Positions 45,556-55,680 of a stretch of 64,000 nt of DNA are shown in pieces; within the stretch, counting starts at the first letter, position 1; every line of letters starts with the position of its first letter. Source of the DNA: a virus; the IMG/VR virus record IMGVR_UViG_3300044631_002648, positions 6,424 through 70,423 of that record. One strand, 5' to 3'. The notes under the pieces are model-generated. The model did no database searches, had not been told where the DNA came from, and saw only the letters and a program-made list of their open reading frames with translations. The translations under genes and the position numbers were made by a program.

Positions 45556-46368
45556 ATGGCTGAAGGTAGTCAAATCATCAATCTGACAGAGGATGGTCTG
45601 CCAGATCAATTAGTTGATCGCGCTTATGCATTTTGCATTGGCACTCAACTTCTTCAAACGCCATCATTTGATCCTCGCAACGGCAAGCTGCAGTTCAAGG
45701 TGAGTCCTGATCTGTTGAATGTAGGTGTTTCAGGTAATACAAGGCCTACAACGGCTCTTGGCTTGGCTACAAAAGCAAACATTTCCACATTGTCTGTTTG
45801 GCGCTCTGATTCTGAAATTTCAGACGATGGCAGGCAGTTCGGGGTGTATGCGCTTGGTTTTGCGGAGAACGTCAGCAATGGAACCCTAGTTGCGGTGACA
45901 ACTGCTGGCCAGACAATTGCAAGCCTTGCTAAAAATCGCATTGGCAGCAATGTTGATATTGGCTTCGATACTTTTGTTAGCTCAGGGCATGGATACACAC
46001 TTGGTGATGCTGTAGTAATTTATAGCGGCAACACTCCCGCTCCATTGCAAAGTGGCGTTACTTACTACGTCATTCCTTCTGGTGTAGATAGGTTTAAGCT
46101 TGCTGAAAGTCGTGCTGCTGCAGTTATTGGCAGTGGTATTGACATTGTTGTTAGCGGCGGTCCTGTCTACCTTCGTAGTGATGACGTGTGGGAACTGCGA
46201 CGCAATGGCCTCACTGGAACAGTGGGCGTTTATCGTAATGATTTTCTCATCTATACTTATAGTGGTACTACGTTAGAGTCTTTGCGGCCCTTTTTCTGGA
46301 CCAGGGAAAAGTCTGCGAGTGCTACCATACCTGTATTCAAGGAAATCAAAGTTAGCGGGGCTTCCTAA
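45556..46368 (+). CDS. virion structural protein
   Basis: HGY..GD.V...P.PL..G.TYYV....D.FKLA module shared with the next gene. Confidence 0.6.
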   Translation: MAEGSQIINLTEDGLPDQLVDRAYAFCIGTQLLQTPSFDPRNGKLQFKVSPDLLNVGVSGNTRPTTALGLATKANISTLSVWRSDSEISDDGRQFGVYALGFAENVSNGTLVAVTTAGQTIASLAKNRIGSNVDIGFDTFVSSGHGYTLGDAVVIYSGNTPAPLQSGVTYYVIPSGVDRFKLAESRAAAVIGSGIDIVVSGGPVYLRSDDVWELRRNGLTGTVGVYRNDFLIYTYSGTTLESLRPFFWTREKSASATIPVFKEIKVSGAS

Positions 46369-46371
46369 TCA

Positions 46372-48261
46372 ATGGCTCAGAGCAGACTCATCACGGATCT
46401 TGTTGAGCTTATTACGCCCAACAATGATGATATTTTTGTCATTGTTGACAACACATCGGACCCCTCGCTTTCCGTTACCAAGCGCATCAGCTACGCCAAT
46501 TTGAAGGAAAGCCTTCAAGACGTTCTTGATGTATTTTTTGAGCAAGGCGTTGGCGTAAATCTCGCCTATAGCGATGTTGCCAATACTATTACTATCTCGG
46601 TGGTCAATGATACCACCACTCAGAAGAGTATTTATAGCAATAGTGGAACAACAGTTGGCACCCGCCAACAACTCAACCTCGTTCCTGGCGCTGGCGTAAC
46701 GATCAGCGGCGTTGATAACAACGCCGCCAATCGCGTTGACCTGACTGTCAATACGACAAACGTAGCCACTGCTACTAACCTTGCGGCAAATAATCAATCT
46801 GCTTCCATTGTGAAGGAGATTGTTACGCAAGTTGACGGGACGAAAGACCTTAAGATTCGCCCCATTGAAGCTGGCAGCAATAAGGTAGCTGTTACCACTG
46901 GCTCCACTGGCAATAGCGTTAGTGTTGACGTGGTGCCTGGCAATATCAGCATTAATGATCTTGCCACTAACCAGCCACTGTCCGTTGCCCTTGGTGGCAC
47001 CAATGCTTCTACGGCTTCTGCTGCTCGCGTGAGCCTTGGCGCTGCTGCTCGTGGCGATAACAGCGATATTACAAGCCTCAATGGTATTACCACTCCATTG
47101 TCCATCCCTCAAGGTGGCACTGGCGGTTCCACGTCCCAAACTGCGTTGTTTGGGCTGGAAGGTATTTCCACGGCAGTAAACGTGGGTTCCACTGGTCAAT
47201 CTTTGATTGTCAATGGCAAGTCTGCAGTTGCTGGTGAATATCGCGTTGAACTGAAGAGTATTCGTCCTGGTTCAACAAGGGCGAGCGTTTCCACTGTTGG
47301 CTCGGAGATTGTTGTTGATGTTAATGCAAACAACGTACTTAACGCAGCTTCTCAAAATGTCAATCTGAATGGCTTCCGCATCACTAATTTGGCGCTTCCG
47401 ACAAGTGCTAGTGATGCTGCTACTAAAGAATATGCAGACTCTGTTGCACAGGGCCTGTCTGTTAAGGAAGCATGTCGTGCATCTAGCACGGCTAATTTTG
47501 ACGCCACCTATTTCAACTCTGTCGGCACTGCAAGTTCTGTAGACATTAGTGCTGACACGATTACAATTAACAACCATCCGTTCACCACTGGTGAGCGTGT
47601 GTATGTTTCGACCACTGGTAGCTTGCCCACTGGTCTTCAGTCACTCACTGAATATTTCATTATCAATGCGGGCGTCAATCTCATCAAGCTGGCACTAACT
47701 GCCGCTGATGCTGTTGGCGGCACTGCAATCAACATTACTACCACGGGCTCTGGCACTCTCACTGTTGCCAATACGCTCTATTTAGTAGCCACTGCCAATG
47801 GTGCGTTCTCTGCTGATGGCGTGACGCTGGCAGAAGGCGACCGCGTGCTGATGAAGGATCAGACGGATGCCACATTGAACGGCATCTACTTCGTCAGCGA
47901 CACTGGCGCGGCTAATCGCCCTGCAGTACTTACTCGCGCTGATGATGCCAATGCAAGTGATGAACTCACTGCTGGTGTGTTCACCTTCATCATTGAAGGC
48001 ACCACACAGGGCGGCATTGCCTACGTACAAGTTACTGACAACCCCATTCTTGACGTAGATGATTTGGTTTGGACAGTGTTCTCTTCGAGCGCTGTTCCGC
48101 CCAATTCACTTGACAATGATCGTTTTGTGCAAGTGACGCAGGCAACCGTGAAGGGTCGTGCTGCTGGCGCTGGCACTGGTGACGTGCAAAATCTCACCGC
48201 TAATCAAGTGGTGGGGATTATCAATACCGCCACCACTGCCATTGACGCTGGCACTTACTGA
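46372..48261 (+). CDS. tail fibre protein
   Basis: RITNLA.P...DAATK.Y.D, KEACRAS, GDRVL.KDQT...NGIY, C-terminal IDAGTY. Confidence 0.8.
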   Translation: MAQSRLITDLVELITPNNDDIFVIVDNTSDPSLSVTKRISYANLKESLQDVLDVFFEQGVGVNLAYSDVANTITISVVNDTTTQKSIYSNSGTTVGTRQQLNLVPGAGVTISGVDNNAANRVDLTVNTTNVATATNLAANNQSASIVKEIVTQVDGTKDLKIRPIEAGSNKVAVTTGSTGNSVSVDVVPGNISINDLATNQPLSVALGGTNASTASAARVSLGAAARGDNSDITSLNGITTPLSIPQGGTGGSTSQTALFGLEGISTAVNVGSTGQSLIVNGKSAVAGEYRVELKSIRPGSTRASVSTVGSEIVVDVNANNVLNAASQNVNLNGFRITNLALPTSASDAATKEYADSVAQGLSVKEACRASSTANFDATYFNSVGTASSVDISADTITINNHPFTTGERVYVSTTGSLPTGLQSLTEYFIINAGVNLIKLALTAADAVGGTAINITTTGSGTLTVANTLYLVATANGAFSADGVTLAEGDRVLMKDQTDATLNGIYFVSDTGAANRPAVLTRADDANASDELTAGVFTFIIEGTTQGGIAYVQVTDNPILDVDDLVWTVFSSSAVPPNSLDNDRFVQVTQATVKGRAAGAGTGDVQNLTANQVVGIINTATTAIDAGTY

Positions 48262-48303
48262 TCAAACTGAGGTCATTTTCACTTTTTCATTCTGTAATTA
48301 ACA

Positions 48304-49479
48304 ATGACTGCACAAGTTCCCATTTACAACCTGCGCAGCGGGACCGCCTCTAAGCGGCCCGCTGCTTCTGGCCTTGCTTTTGGTCAGATTGCCATTAATT
48401 ACAACCACAGTGATCCAGCTATCTACTTGCGTGGTAGCAGCGATGACTTAGTAAAAGTGGCGCCTGTATTTGTTGGCAGTGGCGCTCCTAATGCTACGCC
48501 TGCAAGTGGTGGTGCTTCTGGCAATACTGTTGGTGAGCAATGGCTGGATATTACTGGTGGAGACTATGTAACAAAGGTTTGGGACGGCACTGCGTGGCGT
48601 TCTCCTGTTATTACAAGCGCGCTGATTAAGAACGGCACGATTGTTGATGAAGACATCAATGCTTCTGCTGGCATTGCAGTGACGAAGCTTGGCAATGGTG
48701 CCTTGCCCACTGGTATTACCATTGCTAGTGACAATATTGTCAATGGCACTATCGTCAACGCTGATATTAACGCTGCGGCGGCAATTGCTCTGACGAAGCT
48801 CGATAGCGGCGCTTTACCGAGTGGCATCACTGTTAGCAGTGACAATATTGTTGATGGCACCATTGTCAATGCTGATATCAATGCGTCTGCTGCTATTACA
48901 TATGGCAAGCTGAGCCTTGGCAATTCTATTGTTAACGCTGACATTAATTCCGCTGCTGCCATTGCCGATACAAAACTAGCAACCATTACAACTGCAGGAA
49001 AAGTAAATGGTGGCGCTGTTACGAGTGGAACCATTAGTGGCTCCACTGCTATTAATATCAGTGGTTCGATTGTTACCACTAGCGGTATTTCTGGTAACAA
49101 TGTAGTTGCAAGTGGAACCCTTGCTGTTGGCCAGTCGAGCGCAGCAACATTTGTAGAACTTGATTTGAACGGAGCATTTGCTCAGACTCCTCAAGCGGTG
49201 GCCGCTCTTGATATTGACTGCTCGCTTGGCAATTATTTCACAAAAACAATTAATGGCGCTAGTACCTTCACGTTTAGCAATGTGCCTTCGGGAAGGGCTT
49301 ATAGCTTCATGATTGAAATCACGCAAACTTCTGGCGCTATCACCTGGCCAGCAAGCGTGAAATTCAATACTGACACTGCCCCCACATTAACCGCTGGCAG
49401 GACACACCTATTTGTGTTTGTCACTGATGACGGTGGCACCCGCTGGCGCGGTGCGGCACTGGTAGACTACGTCAATTGA
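48304..49479 (+). CDS. tail fibre protein with IVNADIN.SAAIA..KL repeats
   Basis: RSGTASKRP N-terminus; four repeats; IDCS.GNYF...WP..V.F C-terminal domain. Confidence 0.8.
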   Translation: MTAQVPIYNLRSGTASKRPAASGLAFGQIAINYNHSDPAIYLRGSSDDLVKVAPVFVGSGAPNATPASGGASGNTVGEQWLDITGGDYVTKVWDGTAWRSPVITSALIKNGTIVDEDINASAGIAVTKLGNGALPTGITIASDNIVNGTIVNADINAAAAIALTKLDSGALPSGITVSSDNIVDGTIVNADINASAAITYGKLSLGNSIVNADINSAAAIADTKLATITTAGKVNGGAVTSGTISGSTAINISGSIVTTSGISGNNVVASGTLAVGQSSAATFVELDLNGAFAQTPQAVAALDIDCSLGNYFTKTINGASTFTFSNVPSGRAYSFMIEITQTSGAITWPASVKFNTDTAPTLTAGRTHLFVFVTDDGGTRWRGAALVDYVN

Positions 49480-49493
49480 TTTTGGAGAAATAG

Positions 49494-51410
49494 ATGGATC
49501 CCACTTCCAAGCTTATTGCATTTGCCGCTGCTGGTAAAAAAGAAGAAAAGTTTTATATAGAGGATGTATTTTCCACTTTTCTGTATTCGGGCACAGGAAG
49601 TAGCCAAACTGTTACAAATGGCATTGATTTAGCGACTAAGGGAGGGATGGTTTGGATTAAGCCACGAAATTCATCCAACAGCAACTGCGTTTATGACACA
49701 GTACGAGGAGCTGGAAAAGAGCTGAATACAGACAATGCCAGTGGAGCGATCAACGATCTAAATCGCTTAAGCGGCTTCACTTCGACTGGCTTTACACTGG
49801 GAAGCGGAACCAGTGTAAATAGTGCTACAGGCACATACGTTTCTTGGACATTCCGCGAGGCGCCAAAATTCTTTGATGTTGTCACTTATACAGGTGATGG
49901 CGTCTTAGGTCGTAATATTGCGCACAATTTAGGGAGTGTTCCTGGTTGTATTATTGTCAAGAAAGTTAGCTCTTCCACGAACTGGGTGGTTTACCATCGA
50001 GCCAGAGGCGCAGGTACGTTTTACTTTTTGAATTCATCTGCGGGCGCTTCTACTTCTGGTGCATATTGGAACAACACCACGCCTACTAGTACAGTATTTA
50101 CCGTTGGAAATGACACGACAGTCAATGCCAGTGGAGATAGCTATGTCGCCTATTTATTCGCTCACAATGCTGGTGGCTTTGGCCAAAACGGCGATCAAAA
50201 CGTGATCACTTGCGACCAGTTTGTTACTGATGGGAATGGTGCCGCAACCATAAATCTTGGCTGGGAACCTCAATGGATATTAGTCAAAAGAAACAATGCT
50301 GCCATTGGCTCTTTTGTTGATAATTGGAATTTACTAGATGTATCGAGGGGGCTTGATCTGTCTGGCACTAGTTATTACACATCGGCAAATCTAACAAACT
50401 CTGAAAGCTCTGCTATTGGCGCTTATTCAATAGGTAACACTGGATTCACGCAAGTAGTCGGCGGGGATCCAAGCGTACGTTATATTTACATAGCCATTCG
50501 TCGTGGGCCGATGAAAGTGCCTACGGACGCTACAAAAGTTTTCAGTGCGAGTACAGCGGCGAATGATAGCGTCAACGGGGCAACTACAAACTTTCTTGTC
50601 GATGCATTGTTTGACTTAAGGAGAGGCACCACCTCTGGCGGCTCAACTGTCTTGACGCGAATTACTGGCAACAAGTTTTTGTCAACTCCTTCAACTGGCG
50701 TAGAGCAAAGCGGCGCTAATCGTTGGTACGACATAAGCAATGGAATAAAGGCGCCAAATATTTATGGCGATGCTACTGTCTACGAACTATTTGGCCGTGC
50801 TCCAGGTTTCTTTGATGTAGTACCTTACACAGGAACTGGATCGTTGAGAACTGTAGCCCACAATCTTGGAGTGGTGCCTGAATTAATAATTGTCAAATCT
50901 CGAACAAGCATTCAGCCTTGGTGCGTTTATTCTGCTGATGAATATAACAGAAGTGGAAGTGTACTGCGCCTAAGCTCTTCCGATCCCGCCTCATTTAGTT
51001 TCTTTTCTCGATTTGGAGAGCTCCCCACTTCTTCTGTGTTTTCAGTGGCGTCTGATGGTGAGACAAATACGAACGGCGCTAATTACATCGCCTATCTCTT
51101 TGCCACCTGTCCAGGCGTGAGCAAAGTTGGCAGCTACACAGGTGACAACTCTATTCTTAATATTGACTGTGGCTTTACCAATGGGGCTAGGTTTGTCCTC
51201 ATTAAACGCACAGATGCATCGGCGCAATGGCTTGTTTTCGATTCAGCCCGTGGCATCGTCAGCGGAAGTGACCCTTATTTATCCCTTAATTCAACTGACC
51301 CCGAAGTATCTTCTGATGTAATTGACCCAAATCCGTCTGGTTTTGCATTACCTAGCGGAACTTTTGCCAACACGAATGGCGGCAGTTACATCTTCCTTGC
51401 CATTGCTTAA
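49494..51410 (+). CDS. tail fibre/receptor-binding protein with repeated FFDVV.YTG.G modules
   Basis: Repeated FDVVTYTG...HNLG.VP..IIVK, YVAYLFA. Confidence 0.75.
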   Translation: MDPTSKLIAFAAAGKKEEKFYIEDVFSTFLYSGTGSSQTVTNGIDLATKGGMVWIKPRNSSNSNCVYDTVRGAGKELNTDNASGAINDLNRLSGFTSTGFTLGSGTSVNSATGTYVSWTFREAPKFFDVVTYTGDGVLGRNIAHNLGSVPGCIIVKKVSSSTNWVVYHRARGAGTFYFLNSSAGASTSGAYWNNTTPTSTVFTVGNDTTVNASGDSYVAYLFAHNAGGFGQNGDQNVITCDQFVTDGNGAATINLGWEPQWILVKRNNAAIGSFVDNWNLLDVSRGLDLSGTSYYTSANLTNSESSAIGAYSIGNTGFTQVVGGDPSVRYIYIAIRRGPMKVPTDATKVFSASTAANDSVNGATTNFLVDALFDLRRGTTSGGSTVLTRITGNKFLSTPSTGVEQSGANRWYDISNGIKAPNIYGDATVYELFGRAPGFFDVVPYTGTGSLRTVAHNLGVVPELIIVKSRTSIQPWCVYSADEYNRSGSVLRLSSSDPASFSFFSRFGELPTSSVFSVASDGETNTNGANYIAYLFATCPGVSKVGSYTGDNSILNIDCGFTNGARFVLIKRTDASAQWLVFDSARGIVSGSDPYLSLNSTDPEVSSDVIDPNPSGFALPSGTFANTNGGSYIFLAIA

Positions 51411-51434
51411 TTTTCTTTTCATCATTAACTAATC

Positions 51435-51929
51435 ATGGAACTCCGCAATCGCACTACTGGCACCATCACTACTGACAGCCAATTCCGCGCTGAATTTCCC
51501 ACTACCAGCTTCCCTCGCGTGTTGACACCAGAGATTTTGGACAGCTATGGCTACGATCCAATCCTCGAAGGTCCGCAAGCCACTGTCATTCCTCCCTATC
51601 AATACAGCCAACGCGCTGGAGTGGAAGAAATCAATGGACAATGGTTCGCTAAATACATTGCTGGCCCAGTTTTCGAGGATTACACCGATGAAGAAGGCGT
51701 AGTCCACACCGCTGCGGAACAGTACGAAGCTTATTGCTTTGCAAAAGACACTGAGCAAGCGAAAATCATTCGTACAGAACGCAACAAGCGTCTTGCCGAT
51801 TGCGATTGGACACAACTTCCCGATGCCCCAGTCGACACTGCAGCATGGGCGGCTTATCGTCAATTACTGCGGGAAGTACCTTCTCAAGATGGTTTCCCTT
51901 GGGAAATTGTTTGGCCTGAGGAGCCCTGA
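51435..51929 (+). CDS. tail fibre assembly chaperone
   Basis: R.ERN..LA.CDWTQLPD...W..YRQ.LR.VP.Q.GFP...WP. Confidence 0.85.
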   Translation: MELRNRTTGTITTDSQFRAEFPTTSFPRVLTPEILDSYGYDPILEGPQATVIPPYQYSQRAGVEEINGQWFAKYIAGPVFEDYTDEEGVVHTAAEQYEAYCFAKDTEQAKIIRTERNKRLADCDWTQLPDAPVDTAAWAAYRQLLREVPSQDGFPWEIVWPEEP

Positions 51930-51931
51930 TA

Positions 51932-52066
51932 ATGGCTAAGCCTCGGAAAAGTCTTTCAGGCTCTGTTCTCATTGAAAGCAAACCTAAAACAACTTCAATT
52001 GGTCAAGGCAGGAACTCACGGCCTGCTAGGAGAGGTAAAAAGCCTCTCAGGGGACAAGGCCATTAA
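51932..52066 (+). CDS. small basic protein (44 aa)
   Basis: Own translation MAKPRKSLSGSVLIESKPKTTSIGQGRNSRPARRGKKPLRGQGH. Confidence 0.65.
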   Translation: MAKPRKSLSGSVLIESKPKTTSIGQGRNSRPARRGKKPLRGQGH

Positions 52067-52579
52067 AGGAGAAAACTCCCCATATGCAAACTTTTCTGCT
52101 ACTTCTCGGGCGGCTATTGCCGCCTCTTTTGTTGCATAGGCACCAATAAAGTAAAGCTTGCCAGAGACATAAAATTCCGCTTTCCAATATTCAATTCCAC
52201 CAATAATACACTGGCGGACACCAGCTTTACCAGATGTATTATTTTTGCGCAAACGCCTAGAGTTTCTTGCGTTTTGCATGTGAGTAGCAACGCGCAAATT
52301 TGCGGGATTGTTATTAGTGGGATTGCAGTCAATGTGATCGACAAATGAATCTCCTGGGTCTATGCCATTGTGCAATGCATAAGCCACGCGATGAGCAAGC
52401 ATTTTTTGCTCTTTGTATTTAATTTCAATGTAACCATCGGGCCTTAAATACCCAGCACGTCTGCCTACGCGAGCCTTGAAGTAGTTAATCCTCCAGACCA
52501 CCTCATTGCCCTTTATTTCAAAGGCCTCCTTCAATGATTCAATCGGAGGAAGAGGCTTGATTCGCACTTTGTTACCCAT
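52016..52579 (-). CDS. HNH homing endonuclease with AP2-like domain
   Basis: AHRVAY...VDHID..PTNN...NLR...N..N...NTSG..GV...A...R..AE. Confidence 0.88.
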   Translation of the reverse strand: MGNKVRIKPLPPIESLKEAFEIKGNEVVWRINYFKARVGRRAGYLRPDGYIEIKYKEQKMLAHRVAYALHNGIDPGDSFVDHIDCNPTNNNPANLRVATHMQNARNSRRLRKNNTSGKAGVRQCIIGGIEYWKAEFYVSGKLYFIGAYATKEAAIAAREVAEKFAYGEFSPLMALSPERLFTSPSRP

Positions 52580-52757
52580 AAAAGCGGCAGTACGATGGTA
52601 GCACGAGACGAAACAGGGTCAAGGAAGGAGTAGTCGTCCTTCCCATGGACGCAAACTAAAGCGCGGACAAGGCTAATAAAAGAGGGCTTTAAAGCCCTCT
52701 TTTTTAATGCCAAGCATGATACGCGCTATTGTATAAAGAAAGGCTGCCTTTACTTCC

Positions 52758-53090
52758 ATGGCTCAAATGATGCTCAATGGAGAGCAGCATGATGCTGTTC
52801 TCATTCGTGGTGATGAGAATGGTGGTCCCATTCCCGTTTCCATTGCTAGTGGTGTCACGCTTAATGGCGTGAGCATTGGCGCTGAAATTGAAATTTCTAA
52901 TAATGCTGGCAATCCAGTGCCAGTGGTGCAAGGCTTTAATATTCCTGCATACGATGCTGTCAATCTTTCTTACACTGGCAGTAATTTAACTGGCGTTGTG
53001 TATAAAAGTGGTGGCACTGGTGGTTCAACAGTAGCCACTTTGGCGTTGACATATAGTGGCTCCACTCTTGTTTCTATTGCCAAGAGTTGA
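52758..53090 (+). CDS. virion-associated hypothetical protein
   Basis: IPAYD...LSY...LT.V.YK.GG..G.TVATL.LTY. Confidence 0.6.
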   Translation: MAQMMLNGEQHDAVLIRGDENGGPIPVSIASGVTLNGVSIGAEIEISNNAGNPVPVVQGFNIPAYDAVNLSYTGSNLTGVVYKSGGTGGSTVATLALTYSGSTLVSIAKS

Positions 53091-53092
53091 TC

Positions 53093-53260
53093 ATGCCATA
53101 CGTTTTTAATCCGCTAACTGGCAATTTAGACAGCACTGGTGAAGCAATAAATAGCTTTACCACCATTGAAGTGAGCGAAGGGATTATTGTTAATAATACG
53201 CAAATCATCGGCTCAGGGCTTGTGGTAAGTGGCGTCACCATTGATTGCGGAGAGTTTTAG
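53093..53260 (+). CDS. small virion protein
   Basis: MPYVFNPLTGNLD...IDCGEF. Confidence 0.55.
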   Translation: MPYVFNPLTGNLDSTGEAINSFTTIEVSEGIIVNNTQIIGSGLVVSGVTIDCGEF

Positions 53261-54486
53261 TGGGACAAATTAAAGTAAATAACGACCAGTTTGAAACTCA
53301 CATTCTGGCCGATCATCGAGGGAAGCTTCTTGCCGTTGGACCAGATAGTGGCTCTGTAGATGCTTTTGGCCGACAGCGTGTAAGTGCTCCTTTCACTCTG
53401 TTTGATAGCACCATGCGCTACACCAAGCGCACAGATCAATGGTTTGAAATAGTCACGACTGGTGGCACGACAAATTACCTGGTGAACGAAAGCAGTTTGG
53501 AGCTTACTACTGCCACCACTTCTGGCAGTGCCGTTCTAAGACGCACCAAGCAGCGCTTTCCGTATCAGCCAGGCAAGAGCTTGATGGCTCTTCAAAGTTT
53601 TGTTGGCGCCACGCCTACTGCAGGCCTGGTGCAGGAAGTGGGCTATTTTGATGATCAGAACGGAGTGATGGTACGTGCCAGTGGCACTGACATTCAGTTT
53701 GTTGTTCGCAGTAGTAGCACTGGATCGATTATTGAAGAAGCGGTCAATCAAGCCAATTGGAACATTGACGCTTTTGAGGAACTTGATTTCTCGAAGGCTC
53801 AAATTTTAGTTATCGACTTGGAATGGCTTGGTGCGGGTCGAGCGCGTTGTGGCTTTGTCATTGACGGAGAAATTCGCTATTGCCATGAATTTAATCATGC
53901 GAACAATGCGGATAGGTCTTATATGACAACGGCTATTTTGCCGTTTTCCTATCGCATTGCAAATACCACTACACAGTCTGCTAGTCGCACGCTCAAGCAA
54001 ATTTGCGCAAGCCTATTGAGCGAGGGAGGGTATGAGCCCGATGGCGCCATCTATTCAATTGCGCATAGCCTAAGTGCAGTTGCCAATGAATCTGGAGAGC
54101 GCTTGACGGCAGCCATTCGCATGGCGAGCGGTCGAACTGGCAATGTCATTCTTCCAGCTCGCGTGGATGTGGCCTGCGAAAGTAGCAGCTTGGTGATGTG
54201 GCGACTGCGGCTCAATCCAACCATTTCTGGTGCAACATGGGCCCCAGCCTCCAATGGCAGAGGTAATGTAGAAACTACGACAAGTGGTAGTTCCATTAGT
54301 GGTGGAACAGTTGTTCTTGCTGGCCTCCTTTCTCAAGGGCAGTCCACCAATTTAAGTATTGACGTGGCTGTACGCCTGGCCCTTGGCGTTAACGCTAGTG
54401 GTGAGAGCGACGTGCTAGCTCTTACTGTTGACAGCGCCATATCATCCAAGGCATTGGGACAATTGGGCTGGGTGGAGATAGCTTGA
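53260..54486 (+). CDS. virion protein, lectin/jelly-roll family paralogue 3
   Basis: DAFGRQRVS.PFTLFDS, YQPGKS, GYFDD.NG, LDFSKAQI..ID.EWLG.GR.R.GF. Confidence 0.75.
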   Translation: MGQIKVNNDQFETHILADHRGKLLAVGPDSGSVDAFGRQRVSAPFTLFDSTMRYTKRTDQWFEIVTTGGTTNYLVNESSLELTTATTSGSAVLRRTKQRFPYQPGKSLMALQSFVGATPTAGLVQEVGYFDDQNGVMVRASGTDIQFVVRSSSTGSIIEEAVNQANWNIDAFEELDFSKAQILVIDLEWLGAGRARCGFVIDGEIRYCHEFNHANNADRSYMTTAILPFSYRIANTTTQSASRTLKQICASLLSEGGYEPDGAIYSIAHSLSAVANESGERLTAAIRMASGRTGNVILPARVDVACESSSLVMWRLRLNPTISGATWAPASNGRGNVETTTSGSSISGGTVVLAGLLSQGQSTNLSIDVAVRLALGVNASGESDVLALTVDSAISSKALGQLGWVEIA

Positions 54487-54590
54487 GCAAATAAAACATT
54501 CGTTGTAGATGGCAGGGCCGAGGCTGCGCACGAAGCCATTTGCGACGCCATAATGTCTTGGATTGATTACCACCAGAAAGAGCTGAACGA

Positions 54591-54965
54591 ATGGCGCTAT
54601 TTGGCGGCACGTCTAAACCTTCCTCTTCCTTCACCCAACGTATCTACAACGTCTTCCGAGGGGACAAGCGTGAGCAACAGCTAGAGGATTTGGAGAAGTC
54701 CTTCCAGGAGCGCACCAAGCAGCTTGCGCAGGAAGACTACGAATGGTGGAACGAGCTATCTGTAGAAGATCAGCAACGTGCCTTTCGTTCAGTGTGTAGG
54801 CGCATTCATCAAGGAGACGTGGTAGAGCGTGGCAGTTATCGCCATGTGCTTTATGACGTTTTCGGTTTTGATGCTGATTCCTATGTCGATGGGATGGATA
54901 GTGGCTATATGACCATCCACAATCTCATTCAAGAGGCAATTGCATTTCGCCAGGGTGAGCGTTAG
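54591..54965 (+). CDS. hypothetical protein
   Basis: GSYR.VLYDVFGF..DSY..GM..GY..IHN. Confidence 0.6.
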   Translation: MALFGGTSKPSSSFTQRIYNVFRGDKREQQLEDLEKSFQERTKQLAQEDYEWWNELSVEDQQRAFRSVCRRIHQGDVVERGSYRHVLYDVFGFDADSYVDGMDSGYMTIHNLIQEAIAFRQGER

Positions 54966-55401
54966 TCCACGCTCCCCTTATTCCCATGGAACCATCTGGT
55001 AGTTCGTAATAAATAGCATTTTCTAGAACGACGCGCTGAGGGTAGGGAAGCTTACTGGCATATTCAAGAATAGTTTTATTTGTCATTCTTGGCTTGTAAT
55101 TATTGCGCTCCTGCTCTTCATAAGCCTTTATTGCGCCATCCACATCGCCTTGTATTTTCTTTTTGAGAAGATTTGGCCTTTTGTTGATTTCCCTATTGAA
55201 ATAATCATCAAGATCGCGGAGATGTGGAGGAAGCTTGCCTTTTGGTAAATGCTTTCTAATTTCAAGATATGTTTCGAGAATGCTTTCGCGCTCAATTTGG
55301 CATTTGACTGCCAATGCGGCAATAAGAGACGCAACTACAAAAACAATGATTGCGGAGCGATTTGGAATTTTGGCTAGTAGGCGGAATTCAGGAAGCTTCA
55401 T
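54925..55401 (-). CDS. membrane-anchored hypothetical protein
   Basis: N-terminal TM helix; downstream of lysin. Confidence 0.55.
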   Translation of the reverse strand: MKLPEFRLLAKIPNRSAIIVFVVASLIAALAVKCQIERESILETYLEIRKHLPKGKLPPHLRDLDDYFNREINKRPNLLKKKIQGDVDGAIKAYEEQERNNYKPRMTNKTILEYASKLPYPQRVVLENAIYYELPDGSMGIRGAWTNAHPGEMQLPLE

Positions 55402-55678
55402 TGAATTCCTCCAGCGCTTTGCTCACAATGTCTTCCGCATTGATCGGCTTTCGCTTCTCTCGCATTTTCTTGCTGTCGAAGAGCAATGTAGGCGTGATAC
55501 TGCCATCGTCTTCTTTCTTTAAGCGCACGCCAAAAGGCGTGCCGCTTGGCTGTAGTTCTATTTCTTGCGAAGAGCGGAGCTTAATGTCTCCGAGGGCTGT
55601 ATTGAGCTGCAGGGCGCCTGTGCGGCCAAGTTGATCGAGGGCTTCCTCTGCGTCACCAGGAAGCCCTTCCACGCCCAT
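55388..55678 (-). CDS. hypothetical protein
   Basis: ORF track. Confidence 0.5.
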   Translation of the reverse strand: MGVEGLPGDAEEALDQLGRTGALQLNTALGDIKLRSSQEIELQPSGTPFGVRLKKEDDGSITPTLLFDSKKMREKRKPINAEDIVSKALEEFNEAS

Positions 55679-55680
55679 TG

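Noticed and set aside
46372-51410. Diversity-generating retroelement acting on the fibre genes
   Set aside because: No reverse transcriptase or adenine-variant TR/VR pair was seen, and the repeats are protein-level modules.
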